Shown here: positions 1-11,537 of the stretch, piece by piece | How the letters are laid out: every line of letters starts with the position of its first letter | Position numbering within the stretch: position 1 is the first letter of the stretch | NCBI RefSeq assembly: GCF_009834535.1 | Contig: NC_045707.1 | Location: 47,246,001 to 47,310,000, forward strand | Length of the DNA stretch: 64,000 nucleotides | Direction of reading: 5' to 3' | Source of the DNA: Camelus ferus | Lineage: Eukaryota | Made by a program: the position numbers and the translations under genes | The notes under the pieces: generated by a model | The model's input: the letters and a program-made list of their open reading frames with translations, nothing else | Database searches by the model: none | What the model was told of the DNA's origin: nothing

Positions 1-194
1 TGGATTGAGACAGCAACCTTAACAATGAATGCAACTAGAGCAAAATTACTGATGTCCAATCATGTGGCATCTAGAACCATCTCTCAGGCCACTTGTGTTT
101 AAGTGCTGCTTTTTAGAAAATCCCTGCAAAGATTCTCCAGTTTGCTCTCAGGTCACTGAGGTGTGTCTAAGGCAGCTTTCTGTTGACCCACAGT

Positions 195-262
195 GTGTTG
201 CTCAGTGCTTGGCATGTAATAGACGCCCAGTAAGTAGAAGTTAAATGAGTGAATGAGTGAAC
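195..262 (+). mobile_element. L2 LINE 3' end fragment
   Basis: cagtgcttggcatgtaatagacgcccagtaa...aatgagtgaatgagtga resembles the L2 3' terminus with its (gaat)n tail. Confidence 0.65.
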
Positions 263-275
263 TGACCCTTAGTGT

Positions 276-320
276 CCCTCATGAATACTTCTTTTTTTTT
301 TTTCCCTCATGAATACTTCT
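276..320 (-). mobile_element. Poly(A)-only retrotransposition insertion with 17-bp TSD
   Basis: ccctcatgaatacttct at 276-292 and 304-320 flanks a pure T run; the target reads TTCT/AA, an L1 endonuclease-like site. Confidence 0.7.
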
Positions 321-1494
321 AACTGCCACAGGGAGGTAAACTGTTGTTGACTGCAGGAAAGGGGGGGCTTTAAGAAAGGGAGAGTACATTTTTGGAGAAT
401 TTGTTTTATGTTAGATGGGCTGATTATCTTACCATTGGTATTTGGGAAAAAATAGCTACCTACTTATGAGCTTCGAACTTTGGAAATGAGATTGCCTTCT
501 AAGAGAACTAAATTGTGAAACAAACATAAAAGGGATCAGATTACACATATAGACAAATTACCTGAAAGGATGCAATGGCTTCTAGGCCCTGCAGACTTGA
601 CTGTAGCAGGCTTACAGTTATTCACAGAACCGAAGAAAGAATAAGTCCTTCAGAAATGGGTTGATTGGTCTCAGAGGAAGTGTAAATTATGTCTGGAAGG
701 GGCTATCTGCAGAACAAAGGACTGAACCCATCTGGCCCCAGTATGAACTCTTCAGCTCTGACTACTCTGGAGAGGGCTAGATCTGCCTTCTGTCTGGTTT
801 TATATTTATACTAAGCAGCCTTCTAATTATAATCTGGTTTCCCATGCAGATTTGTCCACAGGGAGTGAGTACTGCCATCAACTAATCTAGTCTCAGCCTG
901 CTTGGTGTGCTTTATCTCTTTGAAATCGATCGTTCGACGTTCTGGTTTTGTACATGGGTCTTGATCGTGAGCTTGGCTAAGGGTAGTCTGTCCCTAAGAG
1001 ATGACTGTGTTCTCTGCTCAGTGTTAAGTTTTGAGATGCCCAGCTGGTGGGCTAGAACCTGGAGTGTCAGAAATTCACCCTGCAAGTGCCCTGCTGTGGG
1101 GACCAGTTTGGGTTTCCCATTTTACAAATCAGTGAACTGATTGTTATTGAAAAGGTGCTTTAATACAAAGGTTATTGTAGAATATAGGTGTTCATTCAAT
1201 CTGCATAATTTATTGATGTGCTCTGGGTTTAAGACCAGGGATGCAAGAGGAAGGGGAAGATAATAATAACTGACCGCTATTTAAATGTTTTATGCTAGAA
1301 ATCTGCACCTGGAACTCTTTAGGTTCAATTTAGGCAGATCATAATTTTGAATACCAAAAGGAGAGTTGTTTTCACAGTGACCTCTTTGTTTATTGTAGAA
1401 TGAGAAATAACTGTTATGTATGAAATGCTTACAAAGGGCCAGATGTTGTAGGTTCATTCGTTAGATATTAATTGCCACATCTTTAGCAAACAGA

Positions 1495-1750
1495 CTTTCG
1501 GTGTCTCAGTTTCCTATGTGTAAAATGGGAATACGAATAGGAAACACTGATTATCTACTTTGTGCCAAACAAACACTGTTCTATATGCTTAATCTTAGAA
1601 TTAGCTCGGTAATTTTCATAAGCCACATCGAAGGGCGATGCCACTGTATGATGATTAAACAGAAGAGGAACTTGCCCAGCTAATAAATGGGAGAGAGAGT
1701 GTTTGAAACCAAACCATGTGGCTCCAAAGCCCATCCTTCCGAACACTTCA
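1495..1750. mobile_element. Two adjacent MIR fragments in opposite orientations
   Basis: ctcagtttcctatgtgtaaaatgggaata (+ core), then ctactttgtgcca...aacttgcccagc...tttgaaacc (- strand MIR). Confidence 0.7.
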
Positions 1751-2810
1751 CTACCTCATAGAATTAAGCGTTTGGCTCACTTTTAGCCTCAGTCACTGTT
1801 AGCTATTATGATTGTCAGTTTGTTTTCATTGCCCAGTTTCTGGCCTAGGAGGAAAAAAAACAGAGATTGAAACCTTCTGTATCCAAGCCCCCCACCCTTT
1901 TCCATTATCCTTTGCTGCTGTGCATATTCCCCCAGGGAGAACCAAAGTCAAACAACCTCTTTGGCTTAAATTACTCAACTTGAAACTGCCAGCATAACAA
2001 AATCATATGTTTTAAAACTTAGCATTCTTTCTTGATGATTCTACCTTACTTCTATTATTCTGAGTCTTTCCTCTTTATTCCCTGCACACTCCTGGAATTG
2101 CTTTAACTGCTTTTAAGCATATGAAAAGCCACCTGTCCCTAGTCTGTAGGGGCTGCATATTTTGAATCTTGTGATAACTTTGCCCAAATCTTAAGGACAT
2201 TTACACATAGTACTTTTATTGCTGATACCTAAGAAAGGGGAAAAGTTAAATCTGAGAGGAAAGGCAAGGTTTTTTTTAATAAGACTGTTTACAGTCCTGG
2301 GAATCATATTCACTGTTAGTTGAAACTTGAAGGTTATAAGATCAGGGGAGATGCTTTTTTATTATTTCCTTGCTCCATAGCCAAAGAGAGGAATAAGATT
2401 CTTCAGCTTATAGCTGACACCTAGGATGGTTTGTATCTATAATAACAAGCCAGGCACAGAATTAAATTTCCTCCAAAGGAATTATTGTCCTGAACTTTTT
2501 AAAGAGCAAACCATTTTTCATGGAAAATAGGATTAGGACTTAAAACCAGGTTGAAAACCAGCTTCCAATTTTGTTGACCAAATATGTGAGGGCTTTCTGT
2601 GGATGATGCAAAACGATTTTCAGAGCATCGGTAGTATTGAAAGTATACTCAACTGGAAACCTGCTTATCAATAATGATAATTTTTTTTTCTTTTTTGTCA
2701 TTGGTTAATCAGTTGATCATCTAGAAACATTAGCAGCTATTCGGCTTGTTTCAGTCTTGGTACCTAAAAAGTATCATTCTTTTTCATAGAAGTTTTACAT
2801 TTTCCAGGAA

Positions 2811-2850
2811 AAGTGAATTATTTTGACATGAAGTGAATTATGTTGACATT
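2811..2850. repeat. 20-bp tandem duplication
   Basis: aagtgaattattttgacatg / aagtgaattatgttgacatt, 18/20 identical. Confidence 0.85.
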
Positions 2851-3524
2851 AATGAGGCATTTCTGTAGAATATTATTTTCATTGTGTATATGAGGGTCAC
2901 TTGAATTTTTCTGGCATTTTTGGGTGGGTTCTTAGGGGCTTCTAACAGATCAGAATAAGTAACCTTGGCTTTGCTATAGACTTGAGTGTTCACTGTTAAA
3001 AATCACTAATGAGAGTGAAAAATGCGATGAGAAATTCTATCCTAAGGACTATGGCTAGAAAGAGCAGTCAGTAGTTTTAGACAATAAAGCTCATTTCCCT
3101 CTTCCCTCTGCTAATTGCTTTTGGTTTTTCATATTTAAAAATGCTATCAGTGTATCTGCTTCCCTTCTAAAATAATGACAATACTTCAGTGTGTAGAATA
3201 ATGGAGAATTTTAACACCTAAACACAATGAAGGAAACACCCCCTTTGCCCTTGGCCAACAAATGCTCTGTGGCTTCCTTTATTTACTTTCAGTGGATCAT
3301 TCCAGTCTCTAGATTCCAAAGCAAACATGAGTTTGAGAATGAGAGCCAGGCTGGACATATCAGGCGATGGTTTAAAACTTTCCATGGGCCCTAGAGCCCT
3401 TTAGAAAAGCTTAGTTTATTTATTTAAAAATCTCATAGGAGGAACTGTTATCACAGATTCATGATAAAAGAATGGAAAGATCTATGAATTGTGATTCAGG
3501 TGTGTGTTTATTGGAAGAGGAAAG

Positions 3525-3690
3525 AGTGTGGGCTTGGGATGTGGGTTGGAGTCCCAGTGACATCACTCATTAGCTGTGTGAACCTGGGCAAACAACTTAG
3601 TCTGTCTGGACCTTGATTCTCATCTGTTAAATATTTGCACTGCACAGTTCTAAAATGTGAAACTTAAATCAACTAATGAATATAAAAAGC
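3525..3690 (+). mobile_element. MIR SINE
   Basis: gagtcccagtgacatcactcattagctgtgtgaacctgggcaa...ttctcatctgttaaa. Confidence 0.75.
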
Positions 3691-3920
3691 CAGAATGGTG
3701 CCAGGCACTTGTATAAATTATACATTGGAATGGTGTTTGAGTGTTCTGTAATACCTTTGTAGGAAGACAGAAGGGTGTTGTGTTGAGATGTGGGTGACAC
3801 CCTCCACTGGAATCAGATTGTTTAAAGTCTTTCATTTCTGAAAACTGGTCCCAACAAAGAAAACACAATGTATAAATGATAGATCGTGCTTTGATATTTC
3901 TGGCCAATATAGAGACACAA

Positions 3921-4525
3921 TTTTAACATGAGATATTTTACATATAGGAAAATGCACAGATCTTAAGAAAACAATTCAATGACTCTTGACAAATGATTAC
4001 ATTCATGTGACCACTGCCAAATCAAGATATGGAACATTTCTCTCACCTGGGAAGTTCCTTTGTGTCCCTTTCTGATCAATATGTGCTCTTTGCAGAGGCA
4101 ACCATTCTTCTGATCTCTAACACTACAAATTAGTTTTAGCTTTTACGAATTTTCTAGACATGGAATAATAAAGAATGCACTTTTTTGTTTCTGGATTCTT
4201 TCATTTAAGATGGTAATTTTGAGGTGTGTTCATGTTGTATACATCAGTAGTTTGCTCCTTTTTATTGCTAAGTATTATCCCATTGTATATCACACTTTAT
4301 TTTGTCCTTTAAGAGAAAGAACATTTGGGTCTGTCACTTCCAGTCTGGGTCTATTTTGAATAGATCTGCTATGAACATTCTTGTTCAAGTCTTTATGATG
4401 ACAATGTTTTCATTTTTCGTGGGTAAATATCAGTTTCCCACCAGCAACATCTGAGAATTCTGATTGCTCCACATTTTCACCAACATTTGATATTTTCAGT
4501 TTTTCTAATTTCAATCATTCTGGAA
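3921..4525 (-). mobile_element. Old L1 (L1MB/L1MC/L1ME-like) 3' region
   Basis: aaaatgcacagatcttaag...atcaagatatggaacatttc...tttattgctaagtattatcccattgtatat...ctgctatgaacattcttgt are typical antisense L1 3' UTR/ORF2-end motifs. Confidence 0.8.
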
Positions 4526-4561
4526 ATGGAAATCTTTACTGCCCAATTTAGGTCAAATGAT

Positions 4562-4838
4562 TTGCAGCAGTTATTCTGGTTTGTTTGTTTGTTTTTTTTT
4601 TTAACACTTTTATTGTAGTATGGTCCCTGTACAGTAAAACTGCACATATTTTAGATGTACAATTTGATGAATTTTGATAGATGTTTACCCCCATGAAATC
4701 ACCACCACAATCAAGATAGCTAACATTTCCATCACTCCCCAAGAGGTGCAGTTTTCGAGTTCCCAATTTATCCCTTCCCACCCCCTTTACCCTATGGTAA
4801 CTATAAGTTTGTTCTCTGTGTCTTGCAGCAGTTGTTCT
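4562..4838 (-). mobile_element. 5'-truncated L1 3' end insertion with 16-bp TSD, apparently chimeric
   Basis: TSD ttgcagcagtt(a/g)ttct at 4562-4577 and 4823-4838; T-rich tail; L1 3' UTR sequence inside. Confidence 0.8.
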
Positions 4839-5284
4839 TAACCTGAGTGTCTTGACATAGTGTTGGTCCTGTATCAGTCATGAGGGAATCACGAAGAATT
4901 TTTTAAAGGACAGTAGTAGTAATAGTTTAAGGAACCAAGCTTATAAATAGTTTTGTTTATACACTGAAGAGGATTCAAGGGCATCTCCAAAATAGCATGA
5001 CTCTGAATTACAGGCATCATTTTATACATATATATATTTTTTAATTTATTTTCTGAAAGGGATAAAAGAGAAACAGTTAATGCTACAGAAATTACATGTT
5101 ACAGGCTCTTAACTATGCCATACCAACTGAAAGTTCTAGATGCACTCTTAATACCTGTAGCAGTTATAAATTATTGTAAGACAGGATAAGAAAATTGTAA
5201 AAACTGAAGGGCTAGCAAGTAAAACGTTTGCACAACCTAGTAAGGCAGTGAGTGTTCTGTATTCAGGTAGCTCTGTCTACCTGT

Positions 5285-5620
5285 CTGTTCAACCATCTGT
5301 CTATTCATTCAGCAAGTATTTACCTAACACATGCCAGTTACTGGTGGGTTCTGGAAATACAAGAATAACAAAAGTGCAAGGAGTTTTCTAGTCTAGTGGG
5401 GCTAACTGACACAGATGATTATGCAATGGTTGGCCAGAATCTAAAATGAAGAGATCAAGATTTCAAGTTCAATGTTATGATTTGTATAGACATTACAAGG
5501 GAAACTAAGGATAAACTAGTAACCCTATTTATTAATTTGTTCAACCACATTTGTTAAGTTCCCATTAGGTGCCGGGGACTTTGTTGGTCACTGAGGAACA
5601 AAAATGAGAAGATAATTTCT
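5285..5620 (-). mobile_element. L2 3' end fragments (two)
   Basis: attcattcagcaagtatttacc... and tttgttcaaccacatttgttaag...taggtgccggggact. Confidence 0.6.
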
Positions 5621-5654
5621 GTCAGTAGTTTTGAAATGTTAGCATATACAAGAC

Positions 5655-5701
5655 AAAAAAAAAAAAAAAAAAAAAAAAAAGAGAGAGAGAGAGAGAGAGA
5701 G
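5655..5701. repeat. poly(A) followed by (GA)n microsatellite
   Basis: A26 then (GA)10, read directly. Confidence 0.95.
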
Positions 5702-5826
5702 CCTGTTAAAAGTGTAGATTTCCTGATTTAGTAGATTAGGGGTGGCCAGGAATCTGAAGTTCTAAAAGAAGTTCCAGGAGATTTTGCTGTCTGTGATTTG
5801 TGGGCATCCCTTTGAAAAACATCCTT
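5702..5826. mobile_element. MER5A-like hAT-Charlie MITE fragment
   Basis: cctgttaaaagtgtagatttcctgattt agtag...ggaatctgaagttctaaaagaagttccaggagattt...ctttgaaaaac. Confidence 0.65.
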
Positions 5827-6019
5827 CAGTTTATTAGAGAAGAAAGACATAAATAATTATATAACCATGTGAACGTGTAACACTGGAAATATGCACAAGG
5901 AAGGTAAATCCACTTCCACCCCCAGGAAAACAAAATCTGTCATTGTCATTGTGTATGTCTGAAGGTGACTGAGTGACGTTAGTACTACGCTTATGTCGTA
6001 ATCATAAGCAAGTGATTGC

Positions 6020-6155
6020 TGCCCTGTTGAATTCAGACTCAAGATCTTAACATCAACTATTACCTGAATTTCCGACCTGCACCATGAATTTTGGACTTGC
6101 CAGCCCCTGTAACTGAGTGAGCCAATTCCTTAAAATAAATCTCTCTGTATATATT
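6020..6155 (+). mobile_element. MLT2 (ERVL) LTR 3' part
   Basis: ttttggacttgccagcccctgtaactgagtgagccaattccttaaaataaatctctct. Confidence 0.75.
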
Positions 6156-7744
6156 GAACAAAAAAAAAGTCATTCCAGCAACACTGACTCTGCTTCTCTA
6201 TGGCAACGGTTGGCTGGGGCTGATCAGCAGCTGTTCCACTTCCGCAGAGTGTATGTGTTTCAGGTTCCTCAACTGGTACAGTTGCTCGTGTATCTAATCT
6301 GCTTGACCTCTGTAGGCATTTGGGTTTCTGACCCCCTTCCATAGAGAGACATAAAGTTAAATGTTGTTGGTATTTAAGGGGGCAAGGCCAGTTAGGAGCT
6401 TCAGAGGTTCTGCATGGGAAAGAATAGGGTGTCTACCTTCCACTCCCTACCTTCACCTTGCTTCTATGTATTTAAAACTAAAAACAATAGCAAGCCACAC
6501 CAAAGTGTAGGCCAGGCCCATAACAAAAGTTCAGGGTGTTTTTTTTTTCCTCCTCAAGGTGACGTCTTGGGTGCCTTTTGGGAAATAGTGAATTCTTTCC
6601 AAAGTAATTTTTTGGATGCTATTGCTTTGCTGATGTTGAGCTATGGACTTGGGCTGTCTCTGGGGACACTGCATTGCTTCCAACCTGTAGCATTTCCCTT
6701 TGCCCAGGTTTCCTGCACTTGTTCTGCTCCCCTAGTCTGGAGTGTAACCCCAACCCCAGCCTCCGTGATGGCAGCTGGGATAATTCCTGTCTCTTTGGAG
6801 CTCCTCTTTTCTCGGGTCCCAGAGCCTGTTCTGCCTGCTCCTCTGCAGCACTGGAGGCCAGGATTGTGGCTGCAGAAATTAGTACAGGGCCCCTGGGCAG
6901 AGGGGGCCAGGGCTCTGATACTGTCCATTAGCTCAGGAGCTGAGATGGGTAAGTGTGCACTTGGAAGTTGGTAGTGACTCTGGTTGTGAGTGTCCCAAGA
7001 GGGGTTTGTTGGCTCATGCCTGAGGCTAGAGCCTTTGCATCTATTATCTTATTGAATCTTCGTTATAATCCTCATTCTGCAGATGAGGAAGATGAGGAAG
7101 TGGCAGAGCCTGGTTTTGAAACCAGGTCTGTGTGACTGGTCTCAATGGTTTGTTTGGGACAGTCTTGCCCCTTGGAGACTGAGTAAATTATAGGGAAAGC
7201 TGCATGTCTAGTAAGTAGGTTGTCCTTTCTAGCTTAGTCAGTACAATGGCGTTAGGAACATGACTCCTTCGGACTGTGGTAAAAGGAAGGGAACATTTAA
7301 GGGCAACAGGTGAGATCTCTGGGCTCTTGTTTCCTGCTCTGTGCTTTGAATTCTACTGTGAGAAGTATCATCAGATTAGGTCTCCCTTCGAAAGTTTTCA
7401 TTTCAACCTGGATTCTTGTGGCAAGAAGCAAAAATACACAATATCCTTGTTCTTACTTCAACATGAAATGACATTCATAAAACTGTAAGCTGCAAGAGAG
7501 CAGACCCCAAGACCCAGTCTAATCATTGTTAGCATGTAAACCTGTTTGGGTACCTTTACTTGTCTGGAAGAATCCTCACTGAACTGATTTTCCAGTTGTG
7601 ATGGATACCGGGCCCCAGATGAAGACTTTCTGAGCAAAGGAAATAGAACAAAAGAGATACACAAGTGGGTTGGGTGGTCCTATCCTAGGCTCACATTACA
7701 GAACCTCCTGTATATGGGCTGTGTGTTTACCTGTGTGTGTTCTC

Positions 7745-7871
7745 TCTGCACTGTGAGCTTCTCAAATTCAGAGCTGCTGTCTCCTTAATCTCTATATCCC
7801 CTTCACCCAGCATGGTGCCTGGTATATACTAGGTGGCCATGGATGATTGATGCACAAATGAATGCATGAAT
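7745..7871 (+). mobile_element. L2 3' end
   Basis: ctgtgagcttctc...tatatccccttcacccagcatggtgcctggtatata...aatgaatgcatgaat. Confidence 0.75.
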
Positions 7872-7924
7872 GGGGGGATGAGAAGCAGAGGACAAGTCTA
7901 GACTAGACAGTATTTAGGGGCCAT

Positions 7925-8115
7925 CTAGAGAGGCAGCCCTGGGGACAGTGGGCTCTGAAGTCAGACTCCTAGGGTTTCTATCCCAGCTGCACCTGCCCAC
8001 ACTGCATAACCTTGAACAAAGTGCTCCACCTTTCCTGTTTCTCATCTGTGAAATGTTGATAAGATGGGTTGTGATAGTATTTATCTTATAAAGATTATTA
8101 TGGTGTTTAATAAGT
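7925..8115 (+). mobile_element. MIR SINE
   Basis: gggctctgaagtcagactcctagggtttctatcccagct...tttctcatctgtgaaatg. Confidence 0.8.
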
Positions 8116-8206
8116 TATAGTGTCCTGGGTTGGGCAGGGCATTGCACCCCTGATAGTCAATCTAGATTTTTAAATAAAAATATGAGGTGTGTATTGAACT
8201 AGATAT

Positions 8207-9260
8207 CTTTTTTTCCTTCCAGTTTTATTGAGATATAATTGACATAAAACACTGTATAGGTTTAAAGTGTGCAGCATGATGACTTGGCTTATATACATCA
8301 TGAAATGATTATCACAATAAGTTTAGTGAACATTCATCACCTCACATATTCAAAATAAAAGAAATGGAAAAAAAGTTTCTTTCCTTGTGTTGAGGAAAGA
8401 AAATTTATTCTCTTAACAACTTTCATATATAACATTCAGCAGTATCAGTTATATTCCTCCCTACTTATTTATCTTATAACTGGAAGTTTGTGCCTTTTGA
8501 CTGCCTTCATCCAATCCCCCCTCCCACCACTCCTTGCTTCTGGTAACCACAAATCTGATCTCTTTTTCTATGAGTTTGTTTGTTTTTGAAGTATAATTGC
8601 TCTACAACACTATGTGAGTTGCTAGAACACAGCATAGTGATTCAATATTTCTATACATTTCAAAAGGATCACCATGGTAAGTCCAGTTACCGTCTGTCAC
8701 CATACAAAGATATTGCATAATTATTGGCTATATTCCCCTCTCTGTATGTTTCATCCCCATGACTCATTTATTTTACAGCTGGTAGTGTGTACCTCTTAAT
8801 CTTCCTCACCTGTTTCACTCATTCTCTACCCCCTAACCCTCTGGCAACCGTATGTTTGTTCTCTGTATCTATGACTCCACTTTTGTTATGTTTGTTCATT
8901 TGTTTTTTTTTGTAGATTCCACATATAAGTGAAACCTTACAGTAGTTTTCTTTTTCCATCTGACTTATTTCACTAAGCATAATACTTTCTAGGTCCATCC
9001 ATGTTGTTGTAAATGGTAGAATTTTATTCTTTTTTATAGCTGAGTAATATTCCATTGTGTGTGTGTGTGCGCGTGCGCGCACACACACACACACACCTCA
9101 CATCTTCTTAACCCATTCATGTATTAAATGGCACTCAGGCTGCTTCCTTGACTATTGTGAATGATTAAATTAATGTAGGGGTGCATATATCCTTTTGAAT
9201 TAGTGTTTTTGCTTTTTTTGGAAAAATATCCAGAAGTGGAACTGCTGGATTGTATGGTAT
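8207..9260 (-). mobile_element. L1 3' end (L1MA9/Laurasiatherian-type) with ORF2 C-terminal remnant
   Basis: ttttattgagatataattgaca 3' terminus; ORF 8819..9094 encodes MEYYSAIKKNKILPFTTTWMDLESIMLSEISQ, the L1 ORF2 C-terminus. Confidence 0.9.
9056..9095. repeat. Alternating purine-pyrimidine (TG)n-(CG)-(CA)n tract
   Basis: tgtgtgtgtgtgtgcgcgtgcgcgcacacacacacacaca, read directly. Confidence 0.9.
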
Positions 9261-9719
9261 GAAAAGAAAGTTCAAGATATGTGAGAATATTGGGTTTGGG
9301 AAAGAGTTGAAAAGTAGCTAGAAGAGACTAATAGTAGGAAATACATGGAATTCCAGTGAGATTGGCACAAAGGAAATGAGAGAATTGACAGATTAGACAT
9401 ATTGTGTCCTAAGCATATGAAATCCCCTACAATGGGCAATGGGAATTTTCCTTTAAATGGCTTAAGGGATTTTGACTAGTATTGTTTATTTATCCCAGTT
9501 CTTTTGTTCTTAAGGAAAACAGATCTCATCTTTAGTCTTTTAAGAAATTGGTTAACCAATAGGTAAGTTTTAATGCTATTTTAAAATTTTAATTTATTCT
9601 GAGTTTTGAGTCATTTTATTCCTTCCCCATGAACCTTCTGGCAGTGTATGAGAGGGGTAGGACTCTTCCAACTCCATCTTCTACATATTACTTAATATTA
9701 TATACTTTTTTGGCTTTTA

Positions 9720-10156
9720 GTCTATTTTTCTTTCAACTAGGCAGTACATTTACATAATTCAAGAATCAAAATGATGTGAAAACCATGCCTTGAAAAATGT
9801 TCTCTCCCCAGCTATGGCCCCTGCTCCCTGCTCCAACCTGGGGAACCACATTCATTAGTTCCATGTGGATCCTCCCAGTGTTTCTTAATGCAAATTAAAC
9901 AAATATGAATATAGTTTTTATTCTTCTCATTCTTATTCAAGCACCACAGTTTCTCTTCCAAGTTCTCTAGAGAAGAGCCCTTGAATTGCTTAAAATTTCT
10001 TGCTGTCACAAACAAGGCTTGTACATACACCAGCTTTATGATTTCAGGTCTATCCATGATATATCCTACAGATAGCCCCAGAAATGAAATACTGGACCAA
10101 GAGTAGACATATTTGTAATTTTTTCTCTTTTTGTGGGGAGGGGAGGTAATTAGATA

Positions 10157-10188
<32 letters not shown>

Positions 10189-10560
10189 TTTAATGGTGGT
10201 ACTAGGGATAGAACCCAGGACCTTGTGCATGCTAAGCACACATTCTTCCACTGAGCTATACCCTTCCTTATTTTTGTAATTTTGAAAGACACTGCCTCAC
10301 TTACAGGTTGAGTCTGTCACACTTCTGCAAGCGGGTGTGAGCCTGCTTGTGTCCCCACCGCCTCCCAACACAATATCTTGTCATACTTCTGCCTAAGAGG
10401 TGAAACATGTTTTCTCAGTGTAGCTTCAACTTATATTCCTCTTCTTGTGGTGGTGTTGGGTATGATCTTTCCATGAGATAAGAACCATTTGTAGTTTGTT
10501 TATTTTGTCAGTCATGTGTTTATGTCCTTTACCTATTTTTCTTTTACTTACAGAGTTTTG
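9720..10560 (-). mobile_element. Degenerate old L1 (L1ME/MC-like), interrupted by a SINE
   Basis: Remnant motifs aatttcttgctgtcacaaacaaggct, cccagaaatgaaatactgg, ttttctcagtgtagcttcaactt. Confidence 0.55.
10119..10267 (-). mobile_element. tRNA-Ala-derived camelid SINE (Vic-1 type)
   Basis: Minus strand GGAAGGGTATAGCTCAGTGGAAGAATGTGTGCTTAGCATGCACAAGGTCCTGGGTTCTATCCCTAGTACC; (AATC)n in tail; 11-bp flanking repeat tttgtaatttt at 10112-10122 and 10273-10283. Confidence 0.85.
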
Positions 10561-10712
10561 TTTGAGTTCTAGAATATCCCAGACATTGATTTATCAACTG
10601 TTTACTGATTCACTACTGTGCTCCAGGCTCTGCAAAGGAGACTAGATAGAGTTGAATAGAACACCGGCCTTGCCTTTCAGATACTCACAATCTAATGGAG
10701 TCATTATATTTA

Positions 10713-10736
10713 CTATCTATCTATCTACCTATCTAC

Positions 10737-10778
<42 letters not shown>

Positions 10779-10790
10779 GTATCTGTATGT
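10713..10790. repeat. (TATC)n tetranucleotide microsatellite
   Basis: Read directly, with TACC interruptions. Confidence 0.95.
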
Positions 10791-11459
10791 AGATATGAAT
10801 AGAAAGAAACACAAGAAAGTGCCCAAACATTATGACAAAGGGTGTGGAAGCTGTCATGGGCCCAGGGAGGTGGGCAAAAGCCCCAGTCAAGTTTTGATGG
10901 GCTAGAGGTCTGAGAGCCCACTTTCTAGGAAGGTGGAGAGATGTCCAGGCTGAAGACAGCCAAAGGCTCCTAGTGTCTTGTCCCTTACTGCTGCTCTCTG
11001 GCCCTCCTCCCCAACCGCTTCCATGCCAGTCACTTTGGGAGTGCTAAATTTGTGTTCTCTGAGTGCAGTAACTGAAGAGGTGTCTGACAGAAGAGCCTGG
11101 TTGAGGTGTGAGAAGTCTGGGTGGAGGTGCGGGGCTAGGTCATCATCACTGGGGTGACCGAAGCACACACTGCTCTTTCTCAATCACTCCTTTCCTGGCA
11201 GGGAATGTTGGAACCTTCTTTGATACTTCTTGCTTTCAAGGAGCTGACCCATCAGACTTGGTTCCAATTCCCCTCTCTTTTTTCTTACCCTTTTACTTCA
11301 GTGAAACCCTTTATTTCACTATATTTACCATCCATTTTTGTCAGTCTCTTTTGTGGACAGCATCCTTGATCCTTGCCCTATTCCCCACGCTAGTATACTG
11401 GAGATAATCTTTATATTATTGGTCTGGAAGTTCTCTTGCCTTCCTCCTCCCTCCCCTCA

Positions 11460-11496
11460 GACACACACACACACACACTCTCTCTCTCTCTCTCTC
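11460..11496. repeat. (CA)n(CT)n compound microsatellite
   Basis: Read directly. Confidence 0.9.
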
Positions 11497-11537
11497 CCCT
11501 CGCCCCACCTCCTTCTCCAAACTCATAAAGACAGATG

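Noticed and set aside
7550..7664. Minus-strand pyrimidine-rich acceptor with a short open frame
   Set aside because: Only weak donors follow and the peptide is unrecognisable.
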